From an uncultured delta proteobacterium (GTDB taxonomy: Bacteria; Desulfobacterota; Binatia; Binatales; Binataceae), in NCBI GenBank assembly GCA_963794325.1, contig CAWCDG010000004.1, forward strand, positions 96,001-160,000: a DNA stretch of 64,000 nucleotides, read 5' to 3'. The position numbers and the translations under genes are program-made. The notes under the pieces were generated by a model. That model did no database searches. It saw only the letters and a program-made list of their open reading frames with translations, and was not told the DNA's origin. Below are positions 41,147 through 50,591 of the stretch, piece after piece. How positions within the stretch are numbered: position 1 is the stretch's first letter; every line of letters starts with the position of its first letter.

Positions 41147-42018
41147 AAAGCATGACCGGATTCGGCAGGGCAATCGCCGAGCATGATGGCACTCGCGTGA
41201 TTGCCGAAGTGCGGGCGCTCAATCAGAGATTTTTCGAACTCAAGCTGGCGGTGCCGCGCGGATGGGGCGAGCATGAGGCGGAGATTCGCAAGACCGTGCA
41301 GAACGTCGTGGCGCGCGGGCGGGTCGAAATTTTCATCAAGTCGGTTGCGTTGAAGCCGCCGCCGGTGCGGCTCGAGGTGAACGATCGGCTGGCGAACTTG
41401 TACGTCGCCGAACTGCGCCGCCTGGGCAAGCAGCTTCATCTAAACGGCAATCCTGAAATTGGCTCGATCCTGAGCCGGCCTGAAATTTTTCACGTAGTCG
41501 AGGAGGAGCACGACTCACGCGCCGCGTTCAGCCTTGGCCAGAAGGCTTTGGTTCGCGCGTTGAAGGCGCTCGACACGGAGCGCACGCGCGAGGGCCGCAG
41601 CCTGCACAGCGACTTCACGACGCGCGTCCGCAACATCGAAGCGGCGGTGCCGAAGATCGAAAAGCTGGCCGAGCAGTCGCGCACGGAGATCCTGGAAAAT
41701 TTTCACAAACGAATTCGCGAACTGCTCGAAGAGTTGCCCGTGAACGAGAAACGTCTCTATGAGGAGGCGTCGGCGGCGTCGCAGCACGGCGATATCAGCG
41801 AAGAGATCACGCGGCTCCGCACGCATCTCGAGGGCCTCAAGATGCTGCTGAAGCGCAAGGGGCAGGTCGGGAAGTCGATTGAATTTCTGCTGCAGGAAAT
41901 CAACCGCGAAGTTAATACGATGGGATCGAAATCACAGAACGCGACGTTATCTCAAGTAACGGTTGAAGTTAAGGCTGAGGCCGAAAAAATGCGCGAGCAG
42001 GTTCAGAACGTCGAGTAG
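41143..42018 (+). CDS. yicC: YicC/YloC endoribonuclease
   Basis: SMTGFG, DISEEI.RL..H, EFLLQE.NRE.NT.GSK, EKMREQVQNVE. Confidence 0.95.
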   Translation: MKSMTGFGRAIAEHDGTRVIAEVRALNQRFFELKLAVPRGWGEHEAEIRKTVQNVVARGRVEIFIKSVALKPPPVRLEVNDRLANLYVAELRRLGKQLHLNGNPEIGSILSRPEIFHVVEEEHDSRAAFSLGQKALVRALKALDTERTREGRSLHSDFTTRVRNIEAAVPKIEKLAEQSRTEILENFHKRIRELLEELPVNEKRLYEEASAASQHGDISEEITRLRTHLEGLKMLLKRKGQVGKSIEFLLQEINREVNTMGSKSQNATLSQVTVEVKAEAEKMREQVQNVE

Positions 42019-42049
42019 GATATAGTAAAAGGGCCTTTGCACCTTATTA

Positions 42050-42694
42050 ATGGCTTCGATACCTTTGAAATCAGATGACTCTGTCCCGCCGAGACGCGGC
42101 ATCGTCTTCATCCTCTCGGCGCCGTCGGGCGCGGGCAAGACCACTATCTATCGCGCGGCGCTCAAGGCGATCGCGGGCCTGGAGTTTTCGATATCGCTGA
42201 CCACGCGCGCGCCGCGCGATGGCGAGATTAACGGCGTCGACTATAGCTTCGTGAGCGAAGAGGAATTCAAACGCAGGCAATCATCGGGCGAGCTCGCCGA
42301 ATGGGCGCGCGTTTTTGAATCATCGTACGGCACGCCGCGCGCGCCGCTCGACGCGGCAATCGCGTCGGGCCGCGACATCCTGCTCGACATCGACATCCAG
42401 GGCGCGCGGCAGATTCGCGCGAAGTATCCGGACGACGCGGTTTCGATTTTTGTGCTGGCTCCTACCTTCGAGGATCTTGCCGGACGTCTGCGCGGCCGCG
42501 CGACCGAGGATGAATCGAAAATCAAGCACCGGCTTCAGAAGGCGCGCGAAGAAGCGCAAGCCTATCCCGAATACGAGTACCTGATCGTCAACGCCGAGAT
42601 TCCAAAGTCGGTCGCGCGTCTCGAAACGATCGTAAACGCAGAGCGGCTGAAGGTCAGCCGGCTGCGCGGCGAATTCGCGCCGTGGAAGAGCTAG
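42050..42694 (+). CDS. gmk: Guanylate kinase
   Basis: SAPSGAGKTT, S.TTR.PR.GE..G.DY.F, YGTP, DIDIQGA. Confidence 0.96.
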   Translation: MASIPLKSDDSVPPRRGIVFILSAPSGAGKTTIYRAALKAIAGLEFSISLTTRAPRDGEINGVDYSFVSEEEFKRRQSSGELAEWARVFESSYGTPRAPLDAAIASGRDILLDIDIQGARQIRAKYPDDAVSIFVLAPTFEDLAGRLRGRATEDESKIKHRLQKAREEAQAYPEYEYLIVNAEIPKSVARLETIVNAERLKVSRLRGEFAPWKS

Positions 42695-44907
42695 CGCAAA
42701 GTAGTACTCCCGACCAACTGGCCGGCCTGATCGGGCGGGTGCAGACCTACAATCCGCAGGCCGACATCGGCCTTATCCGGCGCGCTTACGAATACTCGGC
42801 TCGGATGCATCTCGATCAGAAGCGCGAATCGGGCGAGCCCTACGTCACCCATCCGCTGAATGTCGCGATGATTATCGCTCAGCTCAAGCTCGACGTGCCT
42901 TCGATCGTCACGGGCCTGCTGCACGACGTGGTCGAGGATACGCACGCGTCGCTGGCCGAGGTGCAAGCGGACTTCGGTCCCGAGGTCGCGCAACTGGTGG
43001 ACGGCGTGACCAAGGTCTCGAAGATCACGTTTCAGAGCCGCGAAGAAAAACAGGCCGAGAATTTCCGCAAGATGATCATCGCGATGGCCAACGACATTCG
43101 CGTCGTGCTGATCAAGCTGGCCGACCGCCTGCACAACATGCGCACGCTCGACCATCTCTCCGCCGAACGGCAGCAGGAGATCGCGCGCGAGACGATGGAG
43201 ATTTACGCGCCGATTGCGCATCGCCTCGGTATCTATTGGCTCAAATCGGAGCTCGAGGATCTGGCGTTCCGTTATCTGAATTCCAGTTCGTACCAGACTT
43301 TGAAGGCCTTTGTCGCGGAGAAGCGCAAGGAGCGCGAGGAGTATATAGCCAACGTCATCGAAATTTTGTCGCGCCGCATGTCCGATAGCGGGGTGACGGC
43401 CGAGGTCACCGGCAGACCGAAGCATTTCTTTTCGATTCACTCGAAGATGCAGGAGCTGGGGCTCAGCTTCGAGGAAATCTACGATCTCGTCGCGTTCCGC
43501 ATCATCGTCGACACGGTGCGCGAATGTTACGAGGCGCTCGGCGTCGTGCATGCGAACTGGAAGCCGGTGCCCGGCCGCTTCAAGGATTACATCGCGCTGC
43601 CCAAGGCGAACATGTACCAGTCGCTGCATACCACGGTGATCGGGCCGCGTGGGCAGCGGATGGAAGTGCAGATTCGCACGCGCGAGATGCACAAGGTCGC
43701 GGAGGAAGGAATCGCGGCGCACTGGAGTTACAAGGACGGCAACGCGAAAGAGATCAGAGAAAAGGATACCGAGCGGTTCGCCTGGCTGCGGCGGCTGATC
43801 GAATGGCAGCAGAATCTCAAGGACCCGCAGGAATTCCTGTCGACGGTCAAGGACGACCTGTTCCCCGAGGAAGTTTTCGTGTTCACGCCGAAGGGCGACG
43901 TGTTCGATTTCCCGCTCGGCTCGACCGTGATCGACTTCGCGTATCGAATCCATTCGCAGGTCGGGAATCACCTGGCGGGCGCGCGCGTCAACGGGCGCAT
44001 GGTGCCGCTGCGCTATCGGCTTCGATCGGGTGATACGGTCGAGGCGCTCACATCTGAAAAGCAGGTGCCGGGCAAGGATTGGACGAACTACGCGGCGACG
44101 GCGCGCGCGAAATCGCGCATCCGTCAATGGCTTCGCAATCAGCAGGCGGAACGCTCGCGTGATCTTGGAATCTCGCTAATCGATCACGAGCTCGAACCGC
44201 TCAAGCTCACCGTCACGCAGCTCAAATCGGGCAAGCGGCTCGACGGAGTTCTCGCCGAGTTTTCGCGGCGCGACGTCGACAGCCTGCTCGCGGCAGTCGG
44301 CTACGGAATAATCACGCCGGCCCAATTGATCGGAAAACTTCTCACGCCCGAAGAACTGAAAATCTATCGCCCCGAGAAGCCGCCGACGCCGCTGGGTCCG
44401 GTGCAGCGGGAACGCGCGGCCAAGGAAGCGCGCAAATCGGCGAGCGGCGCGGTCGTGGTCTCGGGCGTCGACGACATGCTGGTGCGATTCGCGAAGTGCT
44501 GCAACCCGCTGCCGGGCGAGGCGATCACCGGCTTCATTACCCGCGGACGCGGCGTTACGGTGCACGTCGCGGGATGCCCGCATGCGCTCGACACCGATCC
44601 GCAGCGGCGCGTGCCGGTGGTGTGGAAAGACGGCGAAGAGGCGCCGCGCCCGATTCGACTCGAAGTGCTATGCGCCGATCAGCCGGGCTTGCTCGCTGCA
44701 ATGACCAAGGCGATCGCGTCGGCGGGCGTCAATATATCGACGGCCGAAGTAAAAACTCACGGCTCCGACGGACGCGCGCTTGCGGTGTTCGAGGTCAGCG
44801 TGACCAGCGCGCGTCAATTGAACAACCTGATGAACTCGATCGGATCGATCGACGGCGTGATGCGCGTGTCGCGCCTCGGCCAGCAAAACGGTAATCGCTA
44901 TTCATGA
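42682..44907 (+). CDS. relA: Bifunctional (p)ppGpp synthetase/hydrolase RelA/SpoT
   Basis: R.SGEPY..HP, HDVVED, RFKDYI..PK.N.YQSLHT, TGS (FTPKG), CC..PG, ACT domain. Confidence 0.95.
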   Translation: MEELAQSSTPDQLAGLIGRVQTYNPQADIGLIRRAYEYSARMHLDQKRESGEPYVTHPLNVAMIIAQLKLDVPSIVTGLLHDVVEDTHASLAEVQADFGPEVAQLVDGVTKVSKITFQSREEKQAENFRKMIIAMANDIRVVLIKLADRLHNMRTLDHLSAERQQEIARETMEIYAPIAHRLGIYWLKSELEDLAFRYLNSSSYQTLKAFVAEKRKEREEYIANVIEILSRRMSDSGVTAEVTGRPKHFFSIHSKMQELGLSFEEIYDLVAFRIIVDTVRECYEALGVVHANWKPVPGRFKDYIALPKANMYQSLHTTVIGPRGQRMEVQIRTREMHKVAEEGIAAHWSYKDGNAKEIREKDTERFAWLRRLIEWQQNLKDPQEFLSTVKDDLFPEEVFVFTPKGDVFDFPLGSTVIDFAYRIHSQVGNHLAGARVNGRMVPLRYRLRSGDTVEALTSEKQVPGKDWTNYAATARAKSRIRQWLRNQQAERSRDLGISLIDHELEPLKLTVTQLKSGKRLDGVLAEFSRRDVDSLLAAVGYGIITPAQLIGKLLTPEELKIYRPEKPPTPLGPVQRERAAKEARKSASGAVVVSGVDDMLVRFAKCCNPLPGEAITGFITRGRGVTVHVAGCPHALDTDPQRRVPVVWKDGEEAPRPIRLEVLCADQPGLLAAMTKAIASAGVNISTAEVKTHGSDGRALAVFEVSVTSARQLNNLMNSIGSIDGVMRVSRLGQQNGNRYS

Positions 44908-45287
44908 AGACTTCGATTCACACCAGGAATGCGCCGGCCGCAATTGGCCCCTACTCACAAGCGGTCGAGCAAAATGGGCTGGTCTTCTGCTCGGGACAAA
45001 TTTCTCTTGAGCCGGCGTCCGGCAAGATCGTCGAGGGCGGGATAGAATTCGAGACTCGGCGCGTGCTGCAAAACCTGGGCGAAGTGCTCGCAGCAGCCGG
45101 CCTGGATTTTGTCGATGTAGTGAAGACGACGATCTTCATGATCGATCTTGGCGATTTCGAAGTCGTGAATCGAATATACGGAGAGCACTTCGAGCCACCC
45201 TATCCAGCGCGCTCGACGGTCCAGGTGGCCGCCCTGCCGCGCAACGCAAGAATCGAGATCGACGCGATCGCCCTGAAGCGCGAGTAG
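44904..45287 (+). CDS. ridA: RidA/YjgF family deaminase
   Basis: APAAIGPYSQA, SGQI, PARSTVQV..LP, IEID. Confidence 0.93.
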   Translation: MKTSIHTRNAPAAIGPYSQAVEQNGLVFCSGQISLEPASGKIVEGGIEFETRRVLQNLGEVLAAAGLDFVDVVKTTIFMIDLGDFEVVNRIYGEHFEPPYPARSTVQVAALPRNARIEIDAIALKRE

Positions 45288-45290
45288 TCA

Positions 45291-45629
45291 CTACAGGCTG
45301 AGCAGCGCCCGAAGTTTGGCCGCGACTTCGGCTACCGTATTCTTCGGACATTTTCCAAGTTGCCTTACTGTGCGGCTTTTCCAATTGACGGTTTTCAATT
45401 GATCGACCAGGATCGCGCCACCGACAGGAAATCCCGCCGGAATCACGACCTCAAAAGGATAGCCTTTTATTTTGGTCGTGATCGGACACACAACCGCCAG
45501 ATCGGTTTTTGCGTTGAACGCAGCCTCAGTCAGAACAAGGGCGGGACGTGCGCCGGCCTGCTCGCGTCCCAGTGCGGGATCGAAGTCAAGGTCGACAAAA
45601 TCGCCGCGTTCTGGAACGTACCTGGCCGT
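45291..45629 (-). CDS. mazF: MazF/PemK toxin (no canonical start codon; ACG at 45629)
   Basis: Hand translation: (T/M)ARYVPERGDFVDLDFDPALGREQAGARPALVL...VCPITTKIKGYPFEV...DQLK. Confidence 0.85.
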   Translation of the reverse strand, partial: TARYVPERGDFVDLDFDPALGREQAGARPALVLTEAAFNAKTDLAVVCPITTKIKGYPFEVVIPAGFPVGGAILVDQLKTVNWKSRTVRQLGKCPKNTVAEVAAKLRALLSL

Positions 45630-45635
45630 GGCTGA

Positions 45636-45875
45636 TTACCAGGCTTCCTTACCGGCCGGCTTGCCCCAAGCGACTAATCGGTGGCTGTTCTTCGGCGTGA
45701 TCCGCCCGACGAGCTGATGCAAATCGTACTTGGGAGATTGCGCCGGCACTACGATCAGCTGGCCGCGCCGCACCTTCAGGTCGACCACGGTGCCTTCCTC
45801 AAGCCCGGCTGTTTCTGCAAAGCCTGCTGGGATACGCACCGCAAGGCTATTGCCCCACTTCGAAATCGTTTGCAT
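45636..45875 (-). CDS. mazE: MazE/AbrB antitoxin
   Basis: KWGNSLAVRIP, L..L...ITP.N.H, WG.P.G.E.W. Confidence 0.92.
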   Translation of the reverse strand: MQTISKWGNSLAVRIPAGFAETAGLEEGTVVDLKVRRGQLIVVPAQSPKYDLHQLVGRITPKNSHRLVAWGKPAGKEAW

Positions 45876-45880
45876 AGCCT

Positions 45881-45899
45881 GTATCTACAATGTCTAAAC
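45881..45899. promoter_or_regulatory. Probable mazEF operator (imperfect palindrome)
   Basis: GTATCTACA-A-TGTCTAAAC just upstream of the mazE ATG; resembles the E. coli mazEF operator as recalled. Confidence 0.5.
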
Positions 45900-45976
45900 G
45901 CTGCTGTCAACCCCGCGCGCCTGCGGCAGTGGCCGCGCGCGACAACGGAGCGCGGCGTTAACACTGGGCGCAGGGG

Positions 45977-46720
45977 TCACCCCTGCAGAATCGACAGCGC
46001 GGCTGCGTCGAGAAATTTTCCCGACGGATCGAGCTTGCGCGCGGATCGCATCAGGCGCGCCCGGTTGGCGTGACGCATTGCCGCCGACAACGGCGCGTCG
46101 AAAAGCCGGGACTTGTCGAGGTCGATGATAATCACGGTGAAACTGTCGCGCGCTCGCGTCACCAGCAGGTTGTGCAGATTGAGGTCGGCGTGAAAGAGAC
46201 CCTTGTTGTGCATCGTATCGATCGCGGCGCGCGCCTGTTCGAGCACGTGAGTACGAACCGTCGGATCATCGTCGGTCTTGACGAATTCCCACAACGTCAT
46301 ACCGCGCACCGCTCGGGTCAGAAAGAATCCGCGATAAAGAACGGGGCAATCCATTCGACCATCGCGCCCATCGGCTGGGCCACCGGAATTCCACGCCTCA
46401 TCGCTTCGATTGTGAGGGCCAGCTCATTCAACGGACGCGGCGTCATCCCGACGTAAACGTCGCTGAGGATCGATGCAATAAGTCCGCCGCGACGTCCACG
46501 ACGTGCAAATAACTCAACGCCATCACTCGAGGTCCAACCGATATGCGCTCTGCCGATTGCCCGCGCCGGCTTCCATGGCGGACGTCAGCGCTCCGAGCTT
46601 CTGCATGATTTGCGCAGCTTGCGGTGCGATTTCGCGATGAATCACGAGTTCTCGACGGCCAACCTTGAAGGTCGAGAAGTCAGGATGCGCGCGCCACTTC
46701 ATTTGTGAAGGCGGTCTCAC
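45977..46720 (-). CDS. kdkA: Kdo kinase (KdkA-like); two compensating frameshifts near 46530 and 46345
   Basis: Middle segment in another frame reads RRGRRGGLIAS...RPLNELAL..GIPV..P; then HADLNLHNLL, IIDLDK, N..RL.RS..K. Confidence 0.75.
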
Positions 46721-47901
46721 GCGCGCGATTCCTCACTGGTGAGCCACAATACGAATACGGCGGCCAGCGCGAGCATCGATGAAACAAAATGTGCCGAGTA
46801 GAAGAGTGCAATGCGGTTCAAGTAGTTTCCTGTCGCCAGATTCAAAAGCACGGAAAGGGCAAACAGCGTCCACGCGATCTTCGGCGCGCTCTTGCCGGCG
46901 ATGCGATCCGTCACCAGCGCCGCAGTCAGCGCCATGTACGGCACGAGCATCGCGGCGTAGTAGCTCTTCCATGAAATCGGCGCGAACGACGGCATCAGGC
47001 AGAACAATCCGCACAGCGCCAGGCGATTCACGAATTCTTCGCGCTCGCCGCTCATCCAGTCCCAGAGCGATACTGCCGCGACGAGCACGATCTCGAGTCC
47101 CATTCCGACAATCGTAGCGGTCGCGGACGTTTCTGCGGCGGCGCCAACGCGAAGACTCATCAGGCGCGCAATCGCGGACACGGCCGACTGATTCGTGAGC
47201 ATCGTGCGATATCGGTTCGTCATCGAAGCGATCGCGGTGAGGTACGCGCCGGTTTGAATAATCAATTCGTGCGTCCCGAAGATCGCGAAGGGCATAACCA
47301 GCAGAGCGATCCCAGCCGCGACAGCGAATAGAAGTGGAGCGAAACGTTTTCGGATCGCAAGATGAAACGCGGCAAGTATCGCGAACGGCTTGATCAATAT
47401 CGCGGCCGCGAGCATCAGACCAGCCCACGCATTCCGGGATTCGTCAGCGTAGATGATCGCCCAAACTATCAGCGCCAGCGTCGGGAGATTTATCTGGCCG
47501 TGATCGAAATTGTTGTCGATGAATCGAAATGACAGCAGCACCGGGACGACGATCAGCGCTGCCTCGAGTTGCCGCTCGCGCCCGAACAGGATCACGCCAG
47601 AGCCTAGGATCAATTCGATTAGCGAGAATGCGTTGAGCAGGAAGAAAACAAATTGCGCGAGATGACGTGGCAGGAGCGCCAGTGGTGCAAATGCGATCGC
47701 GAAAATTGGTGCGTAGAGAAAACGATCGGAGTCATCAGGTGGGTAGATCGCATGGCCGAGCAGGACGCGATGGCCCGCGCGATAGTAAACGTTGAAATCG
47801 CCTTGCGCACGAAACGTCGCCGAGATGCCAAGCCCGACGAGATAGGCCCCCAACGCGAGCCATCCGAGTTGACGAGCGCGCTGGCTGCCTATCGTTTTCA
47901 C
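46717..47901 (-). CDS. GT87/DUF2029 membrane glycosyltransferase
   Basis: DF.VYY.AG, FLY.P.FA, GQIN, IKPF, PISW..Y; polytopic. Confidence 0.85.
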   Translation of the reverse strand: MKTIGSQRARQLGWLALGAYLVGLGISATFRAQGDFNVYYRAGHRVLLGHAIYPPDDSDRFLYAPIFAIAFAPLALLPRHLAQFVFFLLNAFSLIELILGSGVILFGRERQLEAALIVVPVLLSFRFIDNNFDHGQINLPTLALIVWAIIYADESRNAWAGLMLAAAILIKPFAILAAFHLAIRKRFAPLLFAVAAGIALLVMPFAIFGTHELIIQTGAYLTAIASMTNRYRTMLTNQSAVSAIARLMSLRVGAAAETSATATIVGMGLEIVLVAAVSLWDWMSGEREEFVNRLALCGLFCLMPSFAPISWKSYYAAMLVPYMALTAALVTDRIAGKSAPKIAWTLFALSVLLNLATGNYLNRIALFYSAHFVSSMLALAAVFVLWLTSEESRA

Positions 47902-47944
47902 TCCTTCACCGCGGAAGCAGGACTGGCCGCGCGCCGCGGTGAGC

Positions 47945-48115
47945 TCACGCGATCGGTTTGGCTTCCTCGATCAGCATGATTGGAATGTCGTCGCGCACCG
48001 GGTACTCGAGTTTGCAGGCGCTGCAGACGAGACCGTCCCGCTTATCATTGAGATGCAGATCGCCTTTGCATTTCGGGCACGCCAGGATGTCGAGCAATTC
48101 CTGACTCAGCGCCAT
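47945..48115 (-). CDS. Trm112/YcaR family protein (56 aa)
   Basis: Below ORF-track cutoff; hand translation MALSQELLDILACPKCKGDL...LVCSACKLEYPVRDDIPIMLIEEAKPIA; GGAGG RBS. Confidence 0.93.
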   Translation of the reverse strand: MALSQELLDILACPKCKGDLHLNDKRDGLVCSACKLEYPVRDDIPIMLIEEAKPIA

Positions 48116-48148
48116 CGCCGATGTCCTCCAACAATTTTATTTTTTCCG

Positions 48149-49273
48149 CTACGCATCCACCGCCGCCTTCGCCGAGGTCACGCGCCCGAGTATCAACTCG
48201 TCGAGCGCCCGATCGTCTGCCGCGTCCATCGTCACTTCGAGCCTGAGAGCGTATAGCGAATCACGTGGGAACGGAACCCGCTCCAGCTTGACGAGGTCCT
48301 TCTCGGTAGTGACGACAATATTCTCGGTGTCGCGCATCGCATTCACGATAGCCTGCCAGTCGGCGTTGGTGTAGGCGTGATGGTCCGGATATTCGAAAAT
48401 GCCGACGAGGTCCGCGTCGAGATCGCGCAGCATCGCGTAGAACGCGCTCGGGTCCGCCAGACCGCTGACCGCCAGCACGCGCCGTCCACCAAGTTCCAGC
48501 GGGGTTTCTCGCCACACACCATTCTCGATCGCGAGCAGCGCGCGCGGCCGCACCGACGCGTGCAGTAATTTTCGCGCGGTCAGCTTCTTCATTTGCGATG
48601 GTCGAATCGCCGATGCGCCGGTGCCGGTATTCATCACGATGATCGCGTCGGCGCGCCCTATCGAACGAATCGGTTCGCGCATCGGCCCTGCCGGCAGCAT
48701 CCAGCCGTTGCCGAAACCACGCTCGTTGCTGACCAGCAGGAGATCGACGTCGCGATTCAAACGCTCGTGCTGAAAGCCGTCGTCGAGGATCACCGCGTCG
48801 AGCGGACCGAGCCGCAGCAGTCGCTCGATTCCGTTGATGCGTCGATGCGCGACTGCAATCGGCCCGGTGAACGACCGCGCCATCATCGACGGTTCGTCGC
48901 CGGCCTCTTCGGGTGAAATCGTCAATTTGCCGCTGTCGGCGACCAGCTGGGAGCGCACCCGCGATCGCGTGCGCCCATAGCCCCGACTCACGATTCCTAC
49001 CCGCAGGCCGTGGCTCTGCAGGCGCCGCGCGAGAAACAAAGTGAACGGAGTCTTGCCGGTTCCGCCGACGGTGAGATTGCCGACGCTCACCGTCACCACT
49101 GGCGCCTGCCGCTTCATCATTCTCCAATACAGATGACGCGCGCTGACGCCGACCCGATAAAATCCCGCTGCGGCTGCGAGTCCGATCCACGCCGGAAGAA
49201 GCCGCGGCGGAAGATCGCGCTGCCACAATCGCTCGATTCGTGGGCGATTCGGACTCGGCTCGTTTATGGGCAT
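48149..49273 (-). CDS. lpxK: Tetraacyldisaccharide 4'-kinase
   Basis: [49 protein letters not shown]. Confidence 0.96.
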   Translation of the reverse strand: MPINEPSPNRPRIERLWQRDLPPRLLPAWIGLAAAAGFYRVGVSARHLYWRMMKRQAPVVTVSVGNLTVGGTGKTPFTLFLARRLQSHGLRVGIVSRGYGRTRSRVRSQLVADSGKLTISPEEAGDEPSMMARSFTGPIAVAHRRINGIERLLRLGPLDAVILDDGFQHERLNRDVDLLLVSNERGFGNGWMLPAGPMREPIRSIGRADAIIVMNTGTGASAIRPSQMKKLTARKLLHASVRPRALLAIENGVWRETPLELGGRRVLAVSGLADPSAFYAMLRDLDADLVGIFEYPDHHAYTNADWQAIVNAMRDTENIVVTTEKDLVKLERVPFPRDSLYALRLEVTMDAADDRALDELILGRVTSAKAAVDA

Positions 49274-49276
49274 CGG

Positions 49277-50542
49277 TCAGCCGAGATTAATGAGCGCTTC
49301 GAGCTGCTTCAAGGCGAAATCCGCACCGCCTGCGCCTTTGCCGACGGATGCGCGCGCATTGCGGCCCGCTTGTTTTCGCGCGGCGTCGTCAATCAGCCAT
49401 TTCGAGGCTTCGCTGACGATATCGCCCGCGTTCTTGACGATTCGCGCGCCGCCCGCACTGACAATCGACGACACGATCTCCTGTTGGTTCTCGTGATACG
49501 GGCCGATCAACACTGGGACATCGACTAATGCGGGCTCGGCGGGATTTTGGCCGCCGCGTCCCGGCGCAAGGCTGCCGCCGACGAACGCGATCGCACCGAG
49601 CCGATAGAAGCTGCGCAGCTCGCCCATTGTATCGAGGATCAAAACGTCCGCGTCGCTTGCTGTGTCCACTGAATTGAGTTCCGACGCTTTCACGAATTTC
49701 AACGAGGCCGCGCGTAATGTGTTTTCAATTTCCGGCATGCACTCGAGATGACGCGGGGCAATCGTCAACGCGAGCTGGGGAAAGTTCTTGCGCAGTTCGC
49801 GATAAGCATCCGCGATCACCGCGTCCTCACCCGGCGCGGTGGATCCGGCGATAAGAAGTTTGCGCCCGGATGCGAATTTCATCAGCGCGGGACGAATCGG
49901 ATCCTCGGTCGCGTTCGGCTTCGCCGCTTCGATTTTGGTGTTGCCAGTGACTACTATCCTTGTCGCGAGATCGAATTTCGCGTACCGCTGCGCATCGTTC
50001 TCGCTCTGCGTCATGATCAGGGCCGCGCTGCCGAGTGCATCTCGAAAGAGGCCGCGCGCGCGCATGTAACGGCGCATCGAACGCTCCGATATGCGGCCGT
50101 TGACCACGGCGATGGTTGCGCCGGCGCGCGCGGATTCGAAAAAGTAGTTCGGCCAGATTTCAGTCTCCGTGATCAGCACTACACTGGGCCGCACGCGCTT
50201 CAGAAAAGATCGCACCGCGCGCTGATTGTCGAGCGGCGCGAGCATCCACGCCTGTGCGCCCGGGATTCGACGCTGCGCGGCCTCGCGTCCCGTTGCAGTC
50301 ATCGTGGTGAATGCCATAATCGCGCGCGGATGATGCTCGAGAAGGCCGTTGGCGACCGGGCGAATCGCTTCGACTTCGCCGACTGACGCCGCATGAATCC
50401 AGATTCGCGGCGTGCCCGTCCTCTGCGGAAAATCGCCGTGGCCCATGCGCTCGCGATAGTCCCGCATGTTCGCCGGATGCGCGGCCAACAACGCGAACGG
50501 AAGCGCCGGGTACCACAGCATGTTGTAAATCGCGCTCAGCAT
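49277..50542 (-). CDS. waaA: Kdo transferase
   Basis: WIHAASVGE, ETEIWPN, GN.K, APRH, DTMGEL, FVGGSL...GGQN..EP. Confidence 0.95.
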   Translation of the reverse strand: MLSAIYNMLWYPALPFALLAAHPANMRDYRERMGHGDFPQRTGTPRIWIHAASVGEVEAIRPVANGLLEHHPRAIMAFTTMTATGREAAQRRIPGAQAWMLAPLDNQRAVRSFLKRVRPSVVLITETEIWPNYFFESARAGATIAVVNGRISERSMRRYMRARGLFRDALGSAALIMTQSENDAQRYAKFDLATRIVVTGNTKIEAAKPNATEDPIRPALMKFASGRKLLIAGSTAPGEDAVIADAYRELRKNFPQLALTIAPRHLECMPEIENTLRAASLKFVKASELNSVDTASDADVLILDTMGELRSFYRLGAIAFVGGSLAPGRGGQNPAEPALVDVPVLIGPYHENQQEIVSSIVSAGGARIVKNAGDIVSEASKWLIDDAARKQAGRNARASVGKGAGGADFALKQLEALINLG

Positions 50543-50591
50543 CGGGGTCTTGTCGGTCGGCACGGTCGGTCGAACCTGCGATCCGCAATGG

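Noticed and set aside
42682-42694. Missing rpoZ between gmk and relA/spoT
   Set aside because: Gene order here varies among lineages; rpoZ is probably elsewhere and its absence cannot be judged from one window
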